In this document: in pieces, positions 28,718 through 44,586 of the stretch | How positions within the stretch are numbered: position 1 is the stretch's first letter | Layout of the letters: each line of letters opens with the position of its first letter | NCBI GenBank assembly: GCA_964016885.1 | Contig: OZ024743.1 | Coordinates: 22,754,001 to 22,818,000 of the forward strand | DNA length: 64,000 bases | From: Eledone cirrhosa | Taxonomy: Eukaryota | Direction: 5' to 3' | Notes under the pieces: model-generated | Database searches by the model: none | Told to the model about the DNA's origin: nothing | Seen by the model: only the letters and a program-made list of their open reading frames with translations | Made by a program: the position numbers and the translations under genes

Positions 28718-29782
28718 GTGTGTGTGTGTGTGCGTGTGTGTGTGTGTGTGTATGCAAGCAAGCATAAATGTATATATATATATACATATATTGTGGCTGT
28801 GTACGAATATACATATATGTGTATATGTGTGTGTGTCTGTACGTGCGACCACGTGTGTGTGTAAGGGGATGTATATATATATATATATATATCAGTGTAT
28901 GTGTGAGTGTATATCTATGGGGGGGGGGGGGGGGGGTAGTGTATATATTAGTGTGTATGCATATATTACATTCGTATACACGTAGAAACTCAGATTTAAT
29001 ACATACATGCATACATACATACATACATACACATAGCGCCAAATACAGTCCTGTACCTATTCATCCTTTCACGTAATAATCCCATAATGCCATTTACACA
29101 AGCCTGATACTCACTATATATATCTCGAAAGAAAGCGCAAATGTATTTTAATCGAAAAGAGTAATTTCCCCTCATCTAAGCATTTCAAATACTTTACATT
29201 ACAATAAATACTACGAGATGCTGCAAACAATATTTCTGAACAGGTATAGCTTAAGACTGGTACAGAGTGCAAGCAGAGACTAAATTCGTCACAGCTTTGT
29301 TTGTGTTCTCCTTTATTCAGAATCTAAACATCGACGGAGTGATTCTTGTCATATACATCAACTATACATCCCCCCGTTAAATTTGTGATCTAATTTAATG
29401 ACGATATTACTTCCGAGAACACCAGCACATATATTTGTCTAGTTCGCACATAGACGTACTGATACGCTTTCATTGAAAGCAGGTAGCTGTCATGAGTTAC
29501 GTCCCTTACTTAAGATTCTATGGGATTTAACTCTTACAATTTTATACTATGCTATGGAATAACGGCACATGTCATTTTTCTTTCTTCACATCGAGATGTT
29601 TAGTGGCCTGGAAGGCAAATAATTTTTAATGAAAGTTTACTTAATATACACGAAAGGAAAGTTATAGCTATGAATATAGATTCTATGTGTGCTTCACTTT
29701 GCATTCGTAAATATCTATAATCCTATTGTGGAAAAAATGAAATTTCATTTCTCACTCTTAGTACGGCTGATACTTAAATATA

Positions 29783-30310
<528 letters not shown>

Positions 30311-30991
30311 TTTATGTATAATCCTATTTATTTCATTCTACTAGGTCACCAAGTTCCGGCAAACTTCAAGCCAAAGGAGAAGCCGATCTGCAAGAAATAT
30401 CAACTAAATTTCTCTTAAATCACCTAATGGATAATGGAGTTCCAGTACACTATGGTTATGGCTGAAATATTATTGATCCTAAATCGATTGGATCAGATTT
30501 GACCTGGTCCAAAACAGCAACACAGGCAGTATTTTAGATCTACCCACGTAATTACGAGGTGAAACTGAAAGAAAAAAACACTTTTTTTATATTATGTTGG
30601 ACCTCCTCTTGTTCTAACGACGAGTAGTACAGTTGACCTGATCACCGGAACAATCTGCTCGTGTAAGTAATATGTAAGTGGAGGAGCATCCTACAGACAA
30701 GTGTGTCATTAATATATCTAACACCTGTACATCATAACATTAGGTTGTAACGGTTTTAGATAAATATAAACACTTAAAAAAAACAGTGTTTATTGTCATA
30801 GAATAAGGTGTGTATATATGGACTCGTAACTCCAGGTGAAGTGGTAAGGTCACCGAAGTAACATTCGGGTTGTCTTGTGTAGATTCAACCAGAGAGAGAG
30901 AGATGGGTGTATATATATATATATCACCTTGATCACCTATATATATATATTCGTTAATTTTATAATACATACACACATATATATATATATA

Positions 30992-31416
30992 AGCAAAGGG
31001 ATATTTAATTTGATGGTAATTCAACAAATATATATATTTATAACTGATTCGAAGTACTCGACAAGTTTTCTGGAGTATAATATCAATGATATTAATAAAT
31101 GGAAGCTATTTTTATAAAACCATATTTATTCTATTATATATATTTCAAAAGTACCAAAACTTTGGTACGCACTCATCAGATAAAATACGAAGTTTGTTTT
31201 ATAAATATTGACAGATCCAGGAACGAGATCTTAACAGTTCAAGTTTTACCTGGTAAAACTGTTAAGATCTCGATCCTGGATCTGTCAATATTTATAAAAC
31301 AAACTTTGTATTTTATCTGATGAGTGCGTACCAAAGTTTTGGTACTTTTGAAATATATATAATAGAATAAATATGGTTTTATAAATATAGTTTCCATTTA
31401 TTAATATCATTGATAT
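30992..31416 (-). mobile_element. Fold-back hammerhead element, family B
   Basis: Arms ~31080-31239 / 31257-31416; tail on the left, homologous to 13629-13714. Confidence 0.85.
31309..31369 (+). ncRNA. Type I hammerhead, family B (mirror copy ~31127-31187, minus)
   Basis: tattttat CTGATGA gtgcgtacca aagtt ttggtactttt GAA ATATATAT A atagaata. Confidence 0.7.
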
Positions 31417-31669
31417 ACTTTGGGGGTGTCATGCTGCCAATAAAAAACACACACAGTGAGATTTCACCTGAATTTATTATTATAGTTTCCCAGTCGGTTA
31501 GTTTAATAACCAGATGTTTGTTTAGTTGCTGATTGTCGTCAAAGCACTTTTGTCACCCATCCTGTGACCACATCAGTGACTACTTTTGTAGTTATTTTGT
31601 GTCTTTCCTTCGTTCTGTCTTACACCATCTTGTTTTTGACAACAACAACAACAAAAAAAAACAAAAAAA

Positions 31670-31800
31670 ACAGTGGTGATCCACCGATAAAGAGACGAAA
31701 CGCCAGAGTAAGAAGACTCACTACTTGGCTTTAATAAAATGAATATTAAAACTCTACTTCGGTATTGAGTACCCTTTTCTCTCAGCCGTCGACCACATAT
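31670..31800 (+). mobile_element. PLE-like 3' end, family E
   Basis: GAAACGCC half-hammerhead, AATAAA, ACTC-TAC-TTCG-GTA-TT-GAGT hairpin. Confidence 0.6.
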
Positions 31801-32001
31801 GAATATATATACATGAAGGTATTTATTGTTTCGACTAACATTGTATAAAAAGCGACATCGAAATTGGGAGTAGTTCCTTTATTTTCCTCGGAAGAAGAGA
31901 TATTAATCTCGATATATCAGGACATATGAATAAATTAAGGTAAACAAACAACCCCCGTTTCTTACGTCTAAACTGCATTGTCGTGGCTTTCAAACTTCGA
32001 A

Positions 32002-32060
<59 letters not shown>

Positions 32061-32098
32061 AAAAAAGACCAAGGCTAACCACTTAGATCCATTCTTTA

Positions 32099-32219
32099 AT
32101 TTCTACGTCCGTTTCAAAACAGGTCACAATAGTACATGCATATGAGAACAATCGGAAATAATTAATAAAAAATTATTAACACAATACATAATACATATAA
32201 CTACATTTCTTCAGGAAAT
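32099..32219 (-). ncRNA. Candidate type I hammerhead with long AT-rich stem II region
   Basis: atttc CTGAAGA ...~90 nt... GAA ACG ga CGT A gaaat, followed by a ~40-nt tail ending in (TA)n. Confidence 0.5.
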
Positions 32220-32420
32220 GTGAGAACAAATGAAGTTTACTAAACTAAAAAAATAGTAAGAATAGACCTCTATATCAAATACCGGGTCGAACTGTCCTCG
32301 GTAACACAGACTTTAACTATCGAAGATTTTTTGGTGAATAGAGAAGATTTTAGTGTACATAGAGCTTCTCTCACCTTACCAAAAGTAATAGTGGAATACT
32401 CCATTGTAATCACCTATAAT

Positions 32421-32565
<145 letters not shown>

Positions 32566-33133
32566 TGGTACATTTTCGTCGACCTTGAAGGGACGAAAGT
32601 CAAAATTGGCTGAATTTGAACCCAGCGTGACGGGTATCTGAGAAAATAGCGCAAACATTCTGTTCGACATTTTAACGATATTGCCAATTCGTTGTTTGGT
32701 TAATGAACTAAGGGAGGTAATAAGGAAGACGTTTTCCAGTAATAGCAATAGCAGTAGTATTTGCAACAGTGGCTGGACATAGCAGGAGTAATTTCGGCAT
32801 TAAAAAAAATCTATGCATATTACTAATATGCAAAGAGTTATTTCCCCTTGACTGTTTTGAAAAGTTGCTTTTTCTTTGCTTTATTAAAATTAGATATGTA
32901 TTTATGTACACATGTACACACGCACACACACACACATGCACACATGCACACATGCACACATACACACACACATGGACACACACACACAAACACACACTCA
33001 CAAATGCACACATACAGATATATATATATGAATATATATATATATAGGGTGTTCCAAAAGTAAGGCTGTGCATTCTAATAAATATCGCCTGTACAGGTAA
33101 TCAAAGTGTGTATATATTTTTTCGGAGACACCC

Positions 33134-33178
<45 letters not shown>

Positions 33179-33381
33179 AGCGAAACGCACGTCACAGATG
33201 AATAAAATATATACAAGATGCTAAATTAATACTTCGTTCCTTCATACATTAAGTTGGATTCTTTACATATAGTTACATGTTTCACCCTGTACACACACAC
33301 ACACACACACATACACATACATACACATTCACACACGCACACACGCACACACACACACACACACACACGCACATACACACA

Positions 33382-33479
33382 CAGGGTGTCCCAAAAAATG
33401 TATACATACTTTGATTACCTGTACAGGTAGTATTTATTAGAACGCTGTTGAAGTGTGTATACATTGTGGGACACAGTGT
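33382..33479. mobile_element. ~100-bp Tc1/mariner-type MITE (copies at 33045-33135 inverted and 59184-59287)
   Basis: TIR cagggtgtcccaaaa; shared core catactttgattacctgtacagg. Confidence 0.7.
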
Positions 33480-33802
33480 ATATATGACAATAACTATTTC
33501 TTTCGTATGAAACCATTACCACATTCCTGATATACATTAACGATTCCTTCTGCCTTGCCTGTTTCTGGCTGCAATGTTAGTGTTTGGTACTGTTACTACG
33601 TATTCCATTTATTTAATGCTATTCCATTCTACTCTTTGTTCCCCAGATGTGCTCTATATGAATAGATGTGTCACTCTGTGTGTGTGTGTGTGCGCGCGTA
33701 TGATTTTGTGTATGTGCTAGTGTCTTTCTGTGTGTGTATATGTGCGTGCGTGTGCGCGCGCGCGTGTGTGTGTGTATGCGTCCCTGTATATCTTTGAATG
33801 TA

Positions 33803-33989
33803 CGAGGTTCGGTTGAAAAGTTCATAGACTGACTATGAAGGAGTGATGATAGGGCTGTGAAATCTAGCTTGTATTAACGTCAACTCTCCTTATTTGTTTC
33901 TTTTCAATGACTATGTTGAAAAATAAACCTCATTTGCTCATTCCATGAGAGTATCTTGTTCAGCCTATAAACCTTTCAGCCGACCCTCG
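33803..33989. mobile_element. mariner-derived MITE
   Basis: TA-cgaggttcggttgaaaagttcatag ... ctataaacctttcagccgaccctcg-TA. Confidence 0.75.
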
Positions 33990-34793
33990 TATGTGTGTAT
34001 GTGTGTATGTGTGTATATGTGTGTGTACGTGGAAGCTGCATGGCCGATTCACAAACATTAGGTCCAGGTGGGGGCCTCTTGGGCAAGTTTATTTACCATA
34101 GTCTTCGGCCAACCACGATTTGTCTGTGAAGCTGTTTGGAAGGTCGTCGGATGGACTGTACCTGTAATTCAAAGAACGAGAATTGTTGCGTTGAATCTCC
34201 CTGAGAGTCACTTTTCTGTGGAATGTTCAGCCCCTTGACTGTTTATTTTACGGGAAGGGATTTCCGTTGATCGAACAACTGCTATATACTTTGTCGAAAC
34301 TGACGGAGGTCTATTGCATTCTATATGTTAAGGTTGCTATTGTTTCGTCACAGGTTATCCTAGATTAAGCTGACCTATGATCAAAGTTCTTCAAATTGTG
34401 ATAATCCTATGTACTAAGGTAACCGTCCTTATTTTTTTAAATAATTAATTTATTTATGTAACCAGTTTAAACGTGTGTATAGTGTTAGTAAGCCATGGCA
34501 GACTAGGAGTGGTATTTAATACCTCTTACAATTAAGGAACAAAAGTAAGAGCGAAATGGAAAGAAAGAGGAGTAAAAAAAGAGGCAGAAATCTTTAAGGT
34601 AGATATTAACAGATTGGGTGGTGGCGTAGATAGTTAAACAGCAAGAAGAAGAAGAAGAAGAAGAAGAAAGAAAAGAAAAAAAAGAAAGAATGCAAGAGAG
34701 ATATTGTAGAGATGAGATAGAGGATATTTTTACATCTGTGAGAGCAGATATAACGACAGATGTGGTAGTGTTTATTAATAGCATCCATCAGGA

Positions 34794-34827
34794 TGTAGTA
34801 GTAGTAGTAGTAGTAGTAGTAATAGTT

Positions 34828-34860
<33 letters not shown>

Positions 34861-34948
34861 ATAGGTGCTGTTGTTGTATTAAGGGCAGCGGCTGTAGTAG
34901 TTGCAACAGTAGCAGTAGCAACAGCAGTAACAACAGCAGCAGTACTAC

Positions 34949-35015
<67 letters not shown>

Positions 35016-35075
35016 TGTTGTTGTTGTTGTTGTAAGAGCAGTGGCAGTAGTAGCAGTAGCAACACCAGCAGTAAA

Positions 35076-35121
<46 letters not shown>

Positions 35122-35135
35122 TGTTGTCGTTGTTG
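34794..35135. repeat. (GTA)n/(GTT)n compound microsatellite
   Basis: Direct observation. Confidence 0.95.
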
Positions 35136-35334
35136 CTCTAGTGTTTCTAAGTGAGAACAATGATTTTAAAATGAGCACAGGTCAAGTCTAAATGAGAATA
35201 AGGACTTCAACGAGATTACATATTACTTCAAAGCAGTGTATCTTCAATTGAAACTGAGAATAGCATTTCATGGTGAGCTTATATCATTTAAACCAAAGCT
35301 AAACTGACTTGATTTATTTAGCCAAAAATATGTA

Positions 35335-36534
35335 CAGGGTTGCTCAGTTCTTTGAGGGCACGTCTTTGGAACGCTCAAACTTTTTAAAAACTTGTTTTGA
35401 TTATCATTTGTTTTTCAGATAAATGATGACGGGCATCAAGCTAACTCAACAAATGAAAAGACACTCTGTAATCTTTACCTTACATACAGAGCATAGTGAT
35501 TTAGAAATTGCTCTCATCCTGAAAGCTGCATGGTCATTTGCTGACAAAGTTTTCACAGAGCGGGTATTTCACTGCTTGCGGGTATTTTATAACAGTCGCC
35601 AAAAGTAAAACGACTGTTATGTGTCCTAATACCATTGGAACACCTACATTTGTACGAAAGGTGCAGAAAATCATCGATAAATCCCCCAGAAAGTAAATTA
35701 CCGCCATCGTTAAGAGGCTCTCTGTTTCAAGCCACACTATAGAATGAAATGTGCACGAGAATGTGGAATACAAGTCATATGTCATGCGGAGAGGTCAATT
35801 CATGTCTGCAACGACAAAAAATTAATGTCTAATCCGTTAGTGGTGCGTGTTGAGTATGTAGAAACACCCCGAATATGGCTTGCTTTGGTTTACCTCTGAT
35901 GAGAAAAACCTTGATCAATTTCAGGAATGACTAATGGTTAAGCAGAGACCCTAAATACGTTCCAACTATTCTACACACAAATTTTTCGGCAACTGTGATG
36001 GTTCAGGGAGTATTGAGAAACGATAGCGATGTTATGGTTCCTTTTGTCCTTCCTAAGGGCTTCAGTGTCAATATCGTTGATGATAATGAGGTGCTGGAGA
36101 GGGTTGTGAGGCCTTGGATGGAGACCGTGAACAAAGGATGTTCGTACACCTACCAACCCTACGCCGTCTCATAGGACCAATACGACACTAGAATGAATGA
36201 GTTACAATCTCCACGATCACGCCATCTTAAACATATAGCCTCCTAGCTCTCCACATATTAAATCATTTTGACTGCTTCGTATGGGCGTAGTCGAGAGGGA
36301 CTTCGATTAACACTACAAAATCTCTGAAGCCCGCCACAACTGGCACAATGTCCAAAATGACCGAAAAGCTCATTTTATTAGGCCATATCAACATTTCAGA
36401 CCTCGTATTGACGCAGTCATCGATGCTACAGGTAGATACAAGCCAATTTTTTTTCTCAAATTAACCTCTCTTTTCCTGACTTATGCGTCTTTTACTAAAT
36501 TCTGGCAAATGACTCAGAGAACTGAACAACCCTG
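35335..36534 (+). mobile_element. Degenerate Tc1/mariner transposon (maT/DD37D-like)
   Basis: TIRs cagggttgctcagttctttgag / ctcagagaactgaacaaccctg, TA on the left; transposase remnants FTSDEKN, PTPSH and PPSSP (WPPSSPDLNP-like) with stops and frameshifts. Confidence 0.8.
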
Positions 36535-36640
36535 CACTGTAGTAGTGTTCTATTACAAAATTCTGCCTTCTCAAGCTTTGTGACTATACATAATTAATTT
36601 TCTATAATGGTTGTATGGTTGTTGTTATATTTGATGTTTG

Positions 36641-36734
<94 letters not shown>

Positions 36735-36778
36735 TATACATATATATACATATATGTATGCACACACACACACACACA

Positions 36779-36811
<33 letters not shown>

Positions 36812-36930
36812 GTATATGTAAACATATGCATATGTGTATATATATGTGTTTCTCTGTATGTATGTATATGTGTATGTATGTGTGTATGTATGTATGTATG
36901 TATGTATGTATGTATGTATGTATGTATGTA

Positions 36931-37186
36931 TTTGCTCACTATAAAAGCTTCACGGCACAGGCATTGCTTTATATCTAGAGATCTCTCTGCACTTGTCCTC
37001 ACCTGGTACCATGGGCCCAGCACTATGTGTCAATAATTGTCACAAGTGTAGTGTTTGTACCAGAGTTTTCAAGTCGCTGGCTGGACTAAAAAGTCACACT
37101 CGTTCAGCGCATCGGTAGGGGTTCTCCTACATGGATATAAAGTAGTGGCCCTACTCGAAAACGAGTTGGCAGCCACCATGTATGTA
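36931..37186 (+). mobile_element. Type C1 element, 5'-truncated
   Basis: Matches 10308-10560; inserted in (TATG)n. Confidence 0.8.
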
Positions 37187-40158
37187 GTAAAATAGATACC
37201 AATCTTTCTTGACTTTTGTTACGCAGGAAAGCAATATTATTTATTTTGGTGATTTTAAGGAAGGGATATTGCACGACCCAGATTTCTGAGAGGCAGCTAT
37301 ACAGACCGACAGGACATACACAGAGACATACACAGAGGGTAAGAGAAGAATCGACACCATTATTGGAATGGTATTGGTTTTATCCAACTCCTAAGGCAAT
37401 TGACCTTGGCAGGATTTTAATACCAGAGTATAGAAAGCTGGAATGAATATCGAAAGACACTGTGGCAGCCGTTCTCATGACTCAGCGTATACGCTACCCT
37501 ATAATGTATACATAAACATGCAAACATATATGTCCATGAAGCCTTTTTGTCATTATTCAGTGATCCATCTAATTATACATGTAGGTACCCATTCACATAT
37601 TGGTGGATTAATACATCTGTATATCAAATTTGATGGGTTTTTTATCTCAGTCTCAGGCATATGGAGTTGGATTGTAATTTGGTAATGTGGTGAAATAACA
37701 ATAATAACAACTAAAACTACAACAAAAACATCTACTGGACTTGTACATATATCCGTGACCCAAATCCCGAGATTTACATATAAACGCGTAACCAAAACCC
37801 CAGAACTTACACATATACAGACAATAACACCATTAGACAATACGTACATATTACGCTTGATCACAAGTTACTCAGAGCTGCACTCGGTGGTGAGAGAACG
37901 TAATAGAAATATGACTAATAACAATGATAGTTTGGCGGGACCGAGATAAATTTTATCTCATTAAGCTGGAACTTATTTCAATGATATTCCAGACCAGATA
38001 TTGTAAAGTATAATGTCCAACTCGGCATTTCCATCAACTCTAGGATAACAATCCCCCATTAAAATTTGAGCAAGCAAATCCAAATTGTGAATTCACATCT
38101 CTCTTCATTTTAAATTCTTAACTTTAAAGCGTGTTCTATTCTATTGCTTAATATTCTTTTTCTCTCTTGTATGAAGGTTAAGTATGAAAACATTCATCGT
38201 CTTAAAGAAATGTTTTCCTCTCCATTTAATAGCCAATGAAATACTTCCCCTCTTTGCTGTAATCGTAATAATGCCTGCCTTGGGATTGAATACAAGATAA
38301 TCACTTTTTAACCTCGTACTGTAAACCAAACAACGCATTCAATACAGACTTTGTCTCTTCTTCCGGTCTTCTCTTATCATTTATTTATTTGGGCGAAGCT
38401 GGGTACGTCAGCTAATTTCTTATAATAGAAAAATGAATGAACTTCTATATAGTAATCTCCGTCAATGGCAGGTCATAGAGGTACAGGCAGAAACCTTGTA
38501 CACTATAACTAAATAATTAAATTATGTTAATTAATGAAATTATATTAATCAATTAAATAATAAATAAATAAGATTCAAGATACGTGAGCAGACTTCTGTT
38601 ATCTTGCGTTTTAGTGACGCTATGTAAGGCTGCCATTAGACTAATGGAGATTGGCTTGAGTGTAGATTTCTGGTAGATCTGGCCTTACGATAGCACTACC
38701 GATGGTCATTAACTGATATTCTTTCGAAGTTTTATGAAGTAGCTAGTCGGATAAGAAAAAGAATTGTGCATGGCATTTCCAGGCCCTTCAAGAGGAATGA
38801 GATCAATGTGATTCGTATTTTGTTTGAATATACAGACGAATTAGTATATTGCTGCTCTACCTGAAAGAAATGGAGCCCAAATCTCTCTGAAGTAAAACCC
38901 ACTCTGACAACCTAACACACGGAAAAAGCGGAACAGTTACAGCTGAAACGCTTTTGATCATAAATCTGCTTGGTCAGAGTTGATTGTAGGATAAATAACC
39001 ATCGTAAAAGTTGCTTGACTTGTTAAAAACATCATCCAACTTGCCTCGTCTCTATTGTCAGAAAAATGAGTAATGTTTTCGATCTAATATACGTAAAGGA
39101 AAGCTGGCATAATTATGGCTCGATCAATTTTACTTGTAGGTCTACTTGATCATGACTGACATGATTTTAAACAGCAAAAAATGCATCCGAAGTATTTAAG
39201 GGAAGCAAATCCAAACACCATTCTTTCCATTGTTACACATTAGATTTTTTTCCATTAACTCCAGTACTTGTGATGTTAAAGAATCTTCAAATGGAGTTTA
39301 ATCTTGGATGAGAAAATCTAAAAACGACACATTGTTCGTCTACTTCAATGTATGTTGCATGAAACACAAAACCACTGCCGGCCATTACATACAATGAGCC
39401 ATTGCGATATTCCTATGATCTACCCCAGCAAAAAAAGAGTTGTTTAACATTAGCTCAAATTTACATTATAACCGATTAAATCAACACAAGTACTAATCTT
39501 ATCGACCATAAATGGAGTAATAATAGCCAAATTATTTGTTCAATGCTTTTCAACTCAGTTATCGTAGCAATAATAATTTAATATGATTATTTATAATATA
39601 TTTATATGGCTCATGGCCCACGACTAATAATTATTTCAAAAACCCAGCGAGAATTGTTTTCGAAACGTAGTAGAAGTAAATATATGCAGTAAAGTATACA
39701 ATAAGATACTGTCTTTATTTTGTTATTCCATTGTTGGTCTTCGAAATGGATAAACTTGTATCAATGGGAGAAATCACATTGACGTAAAGCCTTACATTTC
39801 ATAGAAGATATCTAATCGATTAAATCGCTTTCAACACTAGAAGCTACAAGTGAGAACTTAAAGTCGACCATGGTTTGATTTAAATACAGAACACAAAGTA
39901 ACGTAATGCCACAAAGAAGGTATAATAACAATAATACCTTCTAACTTGGGTATAATGTCAGAAATTTGGAGTAGATTAAAGGCGTAGTTGGTTTCGGCCG
40001 AATTTGAATTCAGAAAGTAGGCTGATAGAACGAACTTAGTAAGGTATTTTATCGGAGGTTATCACGACTGCAATATTCTGCCACAACAAAAACAATAATT
40101 TACTATATGAGAAAAAAAAAATAGCTGAAGTAGTTAGGATTTCATTAAACTAAATAAC

Positions 40159-40329
40159 TGTTTCTACTTTAGGCACAAGGCCAGCAATTACCCAGTACAT
40201 TACTGGTACTTTATTTTATCGACCCCGTAAGGATGAAAGGCAAAGTTAACCTCGGCGGCATTTGAACTCAGATCGTAAAGGGACGTAACTATGCTTGAAA
40301 GCATGTCCGACCCTCTACCGATACTGCCA
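40159..40329 (-). mobile_element. SINE family D with 15-bp TSD
   Basis: TSD attaaactaaataac on both sides. Confidence 0.9.
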
Positions 40330-43173
40330 ATTAAACTAAATAACATACATTTTCTTCTCTGATTTACTGAATCTACTTTGAAGATGGATATACATGAGAT
40401 ATGAATTCTGCCATATAGATGATAAAGTATGAGGGGTTTTAATAACAAAAGTAGTTTTAAAAAATAACGATCTACAACTTTCCAAAATATACAATTTTTA
40501 TTTCATTTTATTTTTTTAAATTTTTATTATATTTTTTTTATTACATTTCTTTCAATTTTCTTTCACTCTTTTTTTTCGATGTATCATTTGAAATTAACTC
40601 AACAAATTCATGAGATTTTCTTAATTAATCCATGTTTGCCAAAAGTGCAATCAGGCTGATTTTACTAACGACAGAAACTTGGAGTACCAAATAAATCAAA
40701 GAATTGCAAATTTTTCACAAGAAAGATGAACCTCCTTGTCTAAATTGATAATAAATTAAAATTGAACAAGTACCAAAAGCAAAATGTTGGCATTGATGTT
40801 TTAAGGTTTAGGTTCAGGCAGGTAACACTAAATTGTTTTATTCCAAATGTATTTTAAATAATTCTATTATATTTTAATATTTATTTACTTAATTTAATCT
40901 TAGCAATTGCAGAATATAACAAAAGAATCTAAATAAATAGATAAATATTACACTTATAATTTACAAATATTATTTATACAAATGACAATCGGAATACACA
41001 CATATCTATATATATATATATATATAAATTGGTATTCATATATTATCAATATTCTGTGTCCTCTAAGAAGTTGCTCAGTCATCTTCATTTAACAAGGAAG
41101 TGCAAACAGTTTTCTTAGCTCCGGTGATAATGGCGAAAGCGGTAATGTAGTGGATAATGGGAAAGCTCTGAAAACAAGGCTGTCATTCTCCGGTCAAACC
41201 GTTCTAAATTTTTATGTACTACGAGAAAGATGAGGGTGGGGTGGAAAGGGCTGCTCTACAGTAAAAAGATCGTTGGGAGTAGTAATAACTAAGGCTTGGG
41301 TGAGTGGAAAATGTGGCCAACACTGAATATGTGGTTGTAGTCCAGATACTACGATTGTAAGAGCACATTTGTCTTGCTTAGCATTCAGGGTAAACTAGGA
41401 TCAGTAGGGTTCAATGATTGACACAAAGCGGCTATTTCTCTATTGGAATATATATATTGTTGATCTTCATAATGTCTCAGTATTTTCATTACTCTTTTGC
41501 CGATAAAGTTATAATTATTATTCTTTAAATTATCATTATCAAATATTAGTATTATTGTTATTATTATTATTAATCAATATCGTACAATAAAACTAACTGT
41601 TTTCAATTAGTTGTAATACCTTACTTCGGGAAAATATGAATTGTCGAAGAAAGGAAAGTGGCTCCAAAGACGAATCGAAAGTAGTGGTAGCCACAAGTTG
41701 TCCGATGCACTAACAATTCTGCAAATGCACCATCCACAAAATTCTAATAGTAATGTGGATGATAATATCAATAGTTCATTTTTATTATTGTCATAATAAT
41801 GACGAATATGAAGAATTACAAGAAATGGTTGGGGATTTCGCAGAATCAGTCAAGGAAAAAAAAACAGACAGGAAAAATAAGCGTATAGAAAAAGGCAGAA
41901 AGGGGGACATAGCAATAGAGAGATAAATATCAAGGGCCAATCAAGGAATATCACACATCCAGGGCTACCCTTACTACGAAGGGCGTGTGTTCTCTGGTCT
42001 ACAAGCACATCTTGAAAAATAAGCTCATACACGCGGACCCGTTTCGCTATTGTGATTCAACTTTGAGAATATTCACTGAAAGGAAGCATCTTCCTGTCTA
42101 AGTGGATCTTGGGGAAATTGATGAAAGCTTAGCCGAAAAGAAATATGTTTGTTTTCAGTTCTTTCCGTCTTCTCCGCCATATAATTTTTTTCGCCATGTA
42201 CACCAGACGGGAAAAAAAATCTGCCTGCTTTTCCTTTTCCAACAACAACAATAATAATAACAAAAATAATAATAAATAGAGAAAATAAGGATTTTTGGCT
42301 GGGAAATTATGTACCACTGAATTTGATATTTTTTCTAACTTATGACTAATTCAGTAATAGGGAATAAATTGTCACAGAGTTAAAAAAAAAAAAAAATTTT
42401 CTCTGTTATATTTTGTCCATTTTGTTGTTAAGATAGACATGATATCAGTCTCAATAAGAAAAAAAAAGTAGGAATGGTATTCAACGAGCCGAGTTTCATT
42501 TGGTTAAAAAATATGTATTTTGTTCTGATTTTCTTTGTTTTTTTTTTTTTGGTGAATTATTTTTCTCGTTTCTTTTTTCCTTTCGTTTCATTGTCATCGC
42601 CAATGTTGACCTCGAAGCCGGAGAGAAAAATTAAAACGACATAGTTAGTTTGTTGCAGCGGAAGAAAGTTGAAGGCAAGCAAGATTTTCACGTGGCATCT
42701 GATTTCTCAACTACAAAAACAAATTTGGGGGGTTGTGGTTGTTGCTGGGTTTTTTGTAATGATTTTTCTTTTTGTTACATTTTTCGGATTTTTTCCTCTT
42801 TTTGGTTGCGTTTTAGATTTTCTTCTTTTTTTTGTGGATTTTGAAGATTTTTTTAATTTTTTTTATACGTAGCTGCAGTAAGTAACTTACGGGTTGCTAG
42901 GAGGGAACACTTGCGGTAAACTGCTCAGAATGGAGTCCTAGACCTGCAAGGACATCAAAATGGCTCATTGGCTTACAGAGAATTGAAACAATTGCGGTCG
43001 TTTATTATTCTGTAAAAATATGCATGTATGTCCATCATGTAGGTATTATGTATTATGTACGTATGTACAGCTAAATTTATGTGTTTGTATCCACTTATAC
43101 GTACACGCTCGGGCACTCACAAACACGCACGCACACACCCACACACATGCATATATATTTATATATATGCATA

Positions 43174-43208
<35 letters not shown>

Positions 43209-43303
43209 GTATATATATAAATAAATATATATATATATATGTATATATATATGTACATATATATGTACATATATATATGTACATATACATATGTACATAT
43301 ATA

Positions 43304-43343
<40 letters not shown>

Positions 43344-43760
43344 TGAGACTAATTTCAGAGATCACTAAAAACCATTGATCTTAGTCTAAACATATTGTAC
43401 ATTTAAAATGCATACGTGCACCAATATACACGCATATCTACGTACATGCATATATATACCTACAGACATATGAGTGTGTGTGTATGTGTGTGTGTGTGTG
43501 TACATATATGTTTATTAGATTTGTGAGGTTGAGCATGAATGATAGATAAAACATTCTCAGATAATTTTGTCACATGACTAAATATAGATATGTACGTATG
43601 TATATATATGGATGCGTATGTATATGTGTATGTATGCATATATATATATATATATATACATATGTACGTATGTATGGATGTGTGTAGTATCCATATATGT
43701 ATAAATGTATATATATATATATATACACATATGCACGTATGTACGGATGTGTGTATGTAT

Positions 43761-43850
<90 letters not shown>

Positions 43851-43987
43851 CATCTATTGTTTCTGCCAATGTTAGAAATGAATATTTTTAATATTAATTA
43901 TTAGCATTGCCACACAACCGAAAACTGGGTAATTGGGTTTACATGCAATACGTGTTCTGGGGATAAAATTATCTCATTTCTCGACAC

Positions 43988-44030
<43 letters not shown>

Positions 44031-44073
44031 CCTTATCGAGCTCTCTTCGGATTTTAATTTTCACATTTATTAT

Positions 44074-44140
<67 letters not shown>

Positions 44141-44340
44141 ACATCTGGTGTCAGATTAGAAGTTAAGTATAAAATTTTTCAAATTGTTTCTATGAGACGT
44201 TGACTCACTTAACATGTAACCGCTTCTGCTACTTCGTGGACTTCGTTTGCCAACAGAGTACCTTTTACTCAACACTCATCACCGCTTCTCAATATAGGGA
44301 TACAGTGGTGGCGCGAAAACATAAATCAGTGAACTATTAA

Positions 44341-44586
44341 CCCCTTCAATACCAAGCAATCTGAAACCACCTTTTGGTTCGATCATATAAGCTGATTATT
44401 TAAACGTGTTTATATCTATACGAAAGCCTTCCACCATAATTTTATGTCAACATGTTTATTAATATATACTATAAAAATATCTTAATAATGAGAAAGTTAT
44501 TTATAATACTAAATCCTTTAAAACTTATAGATATTTTCAAGATTTGAAAGTCAGTGTCTTTCATTAAAAATATGGTAAGAGATGGG
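44341..44586. mobile_element. Decayed piggyBac-like MITE
   Basis: ttaa-cccctt..atacca ... tggtaaga..ggg-tt termini. Confidence 0.4.
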
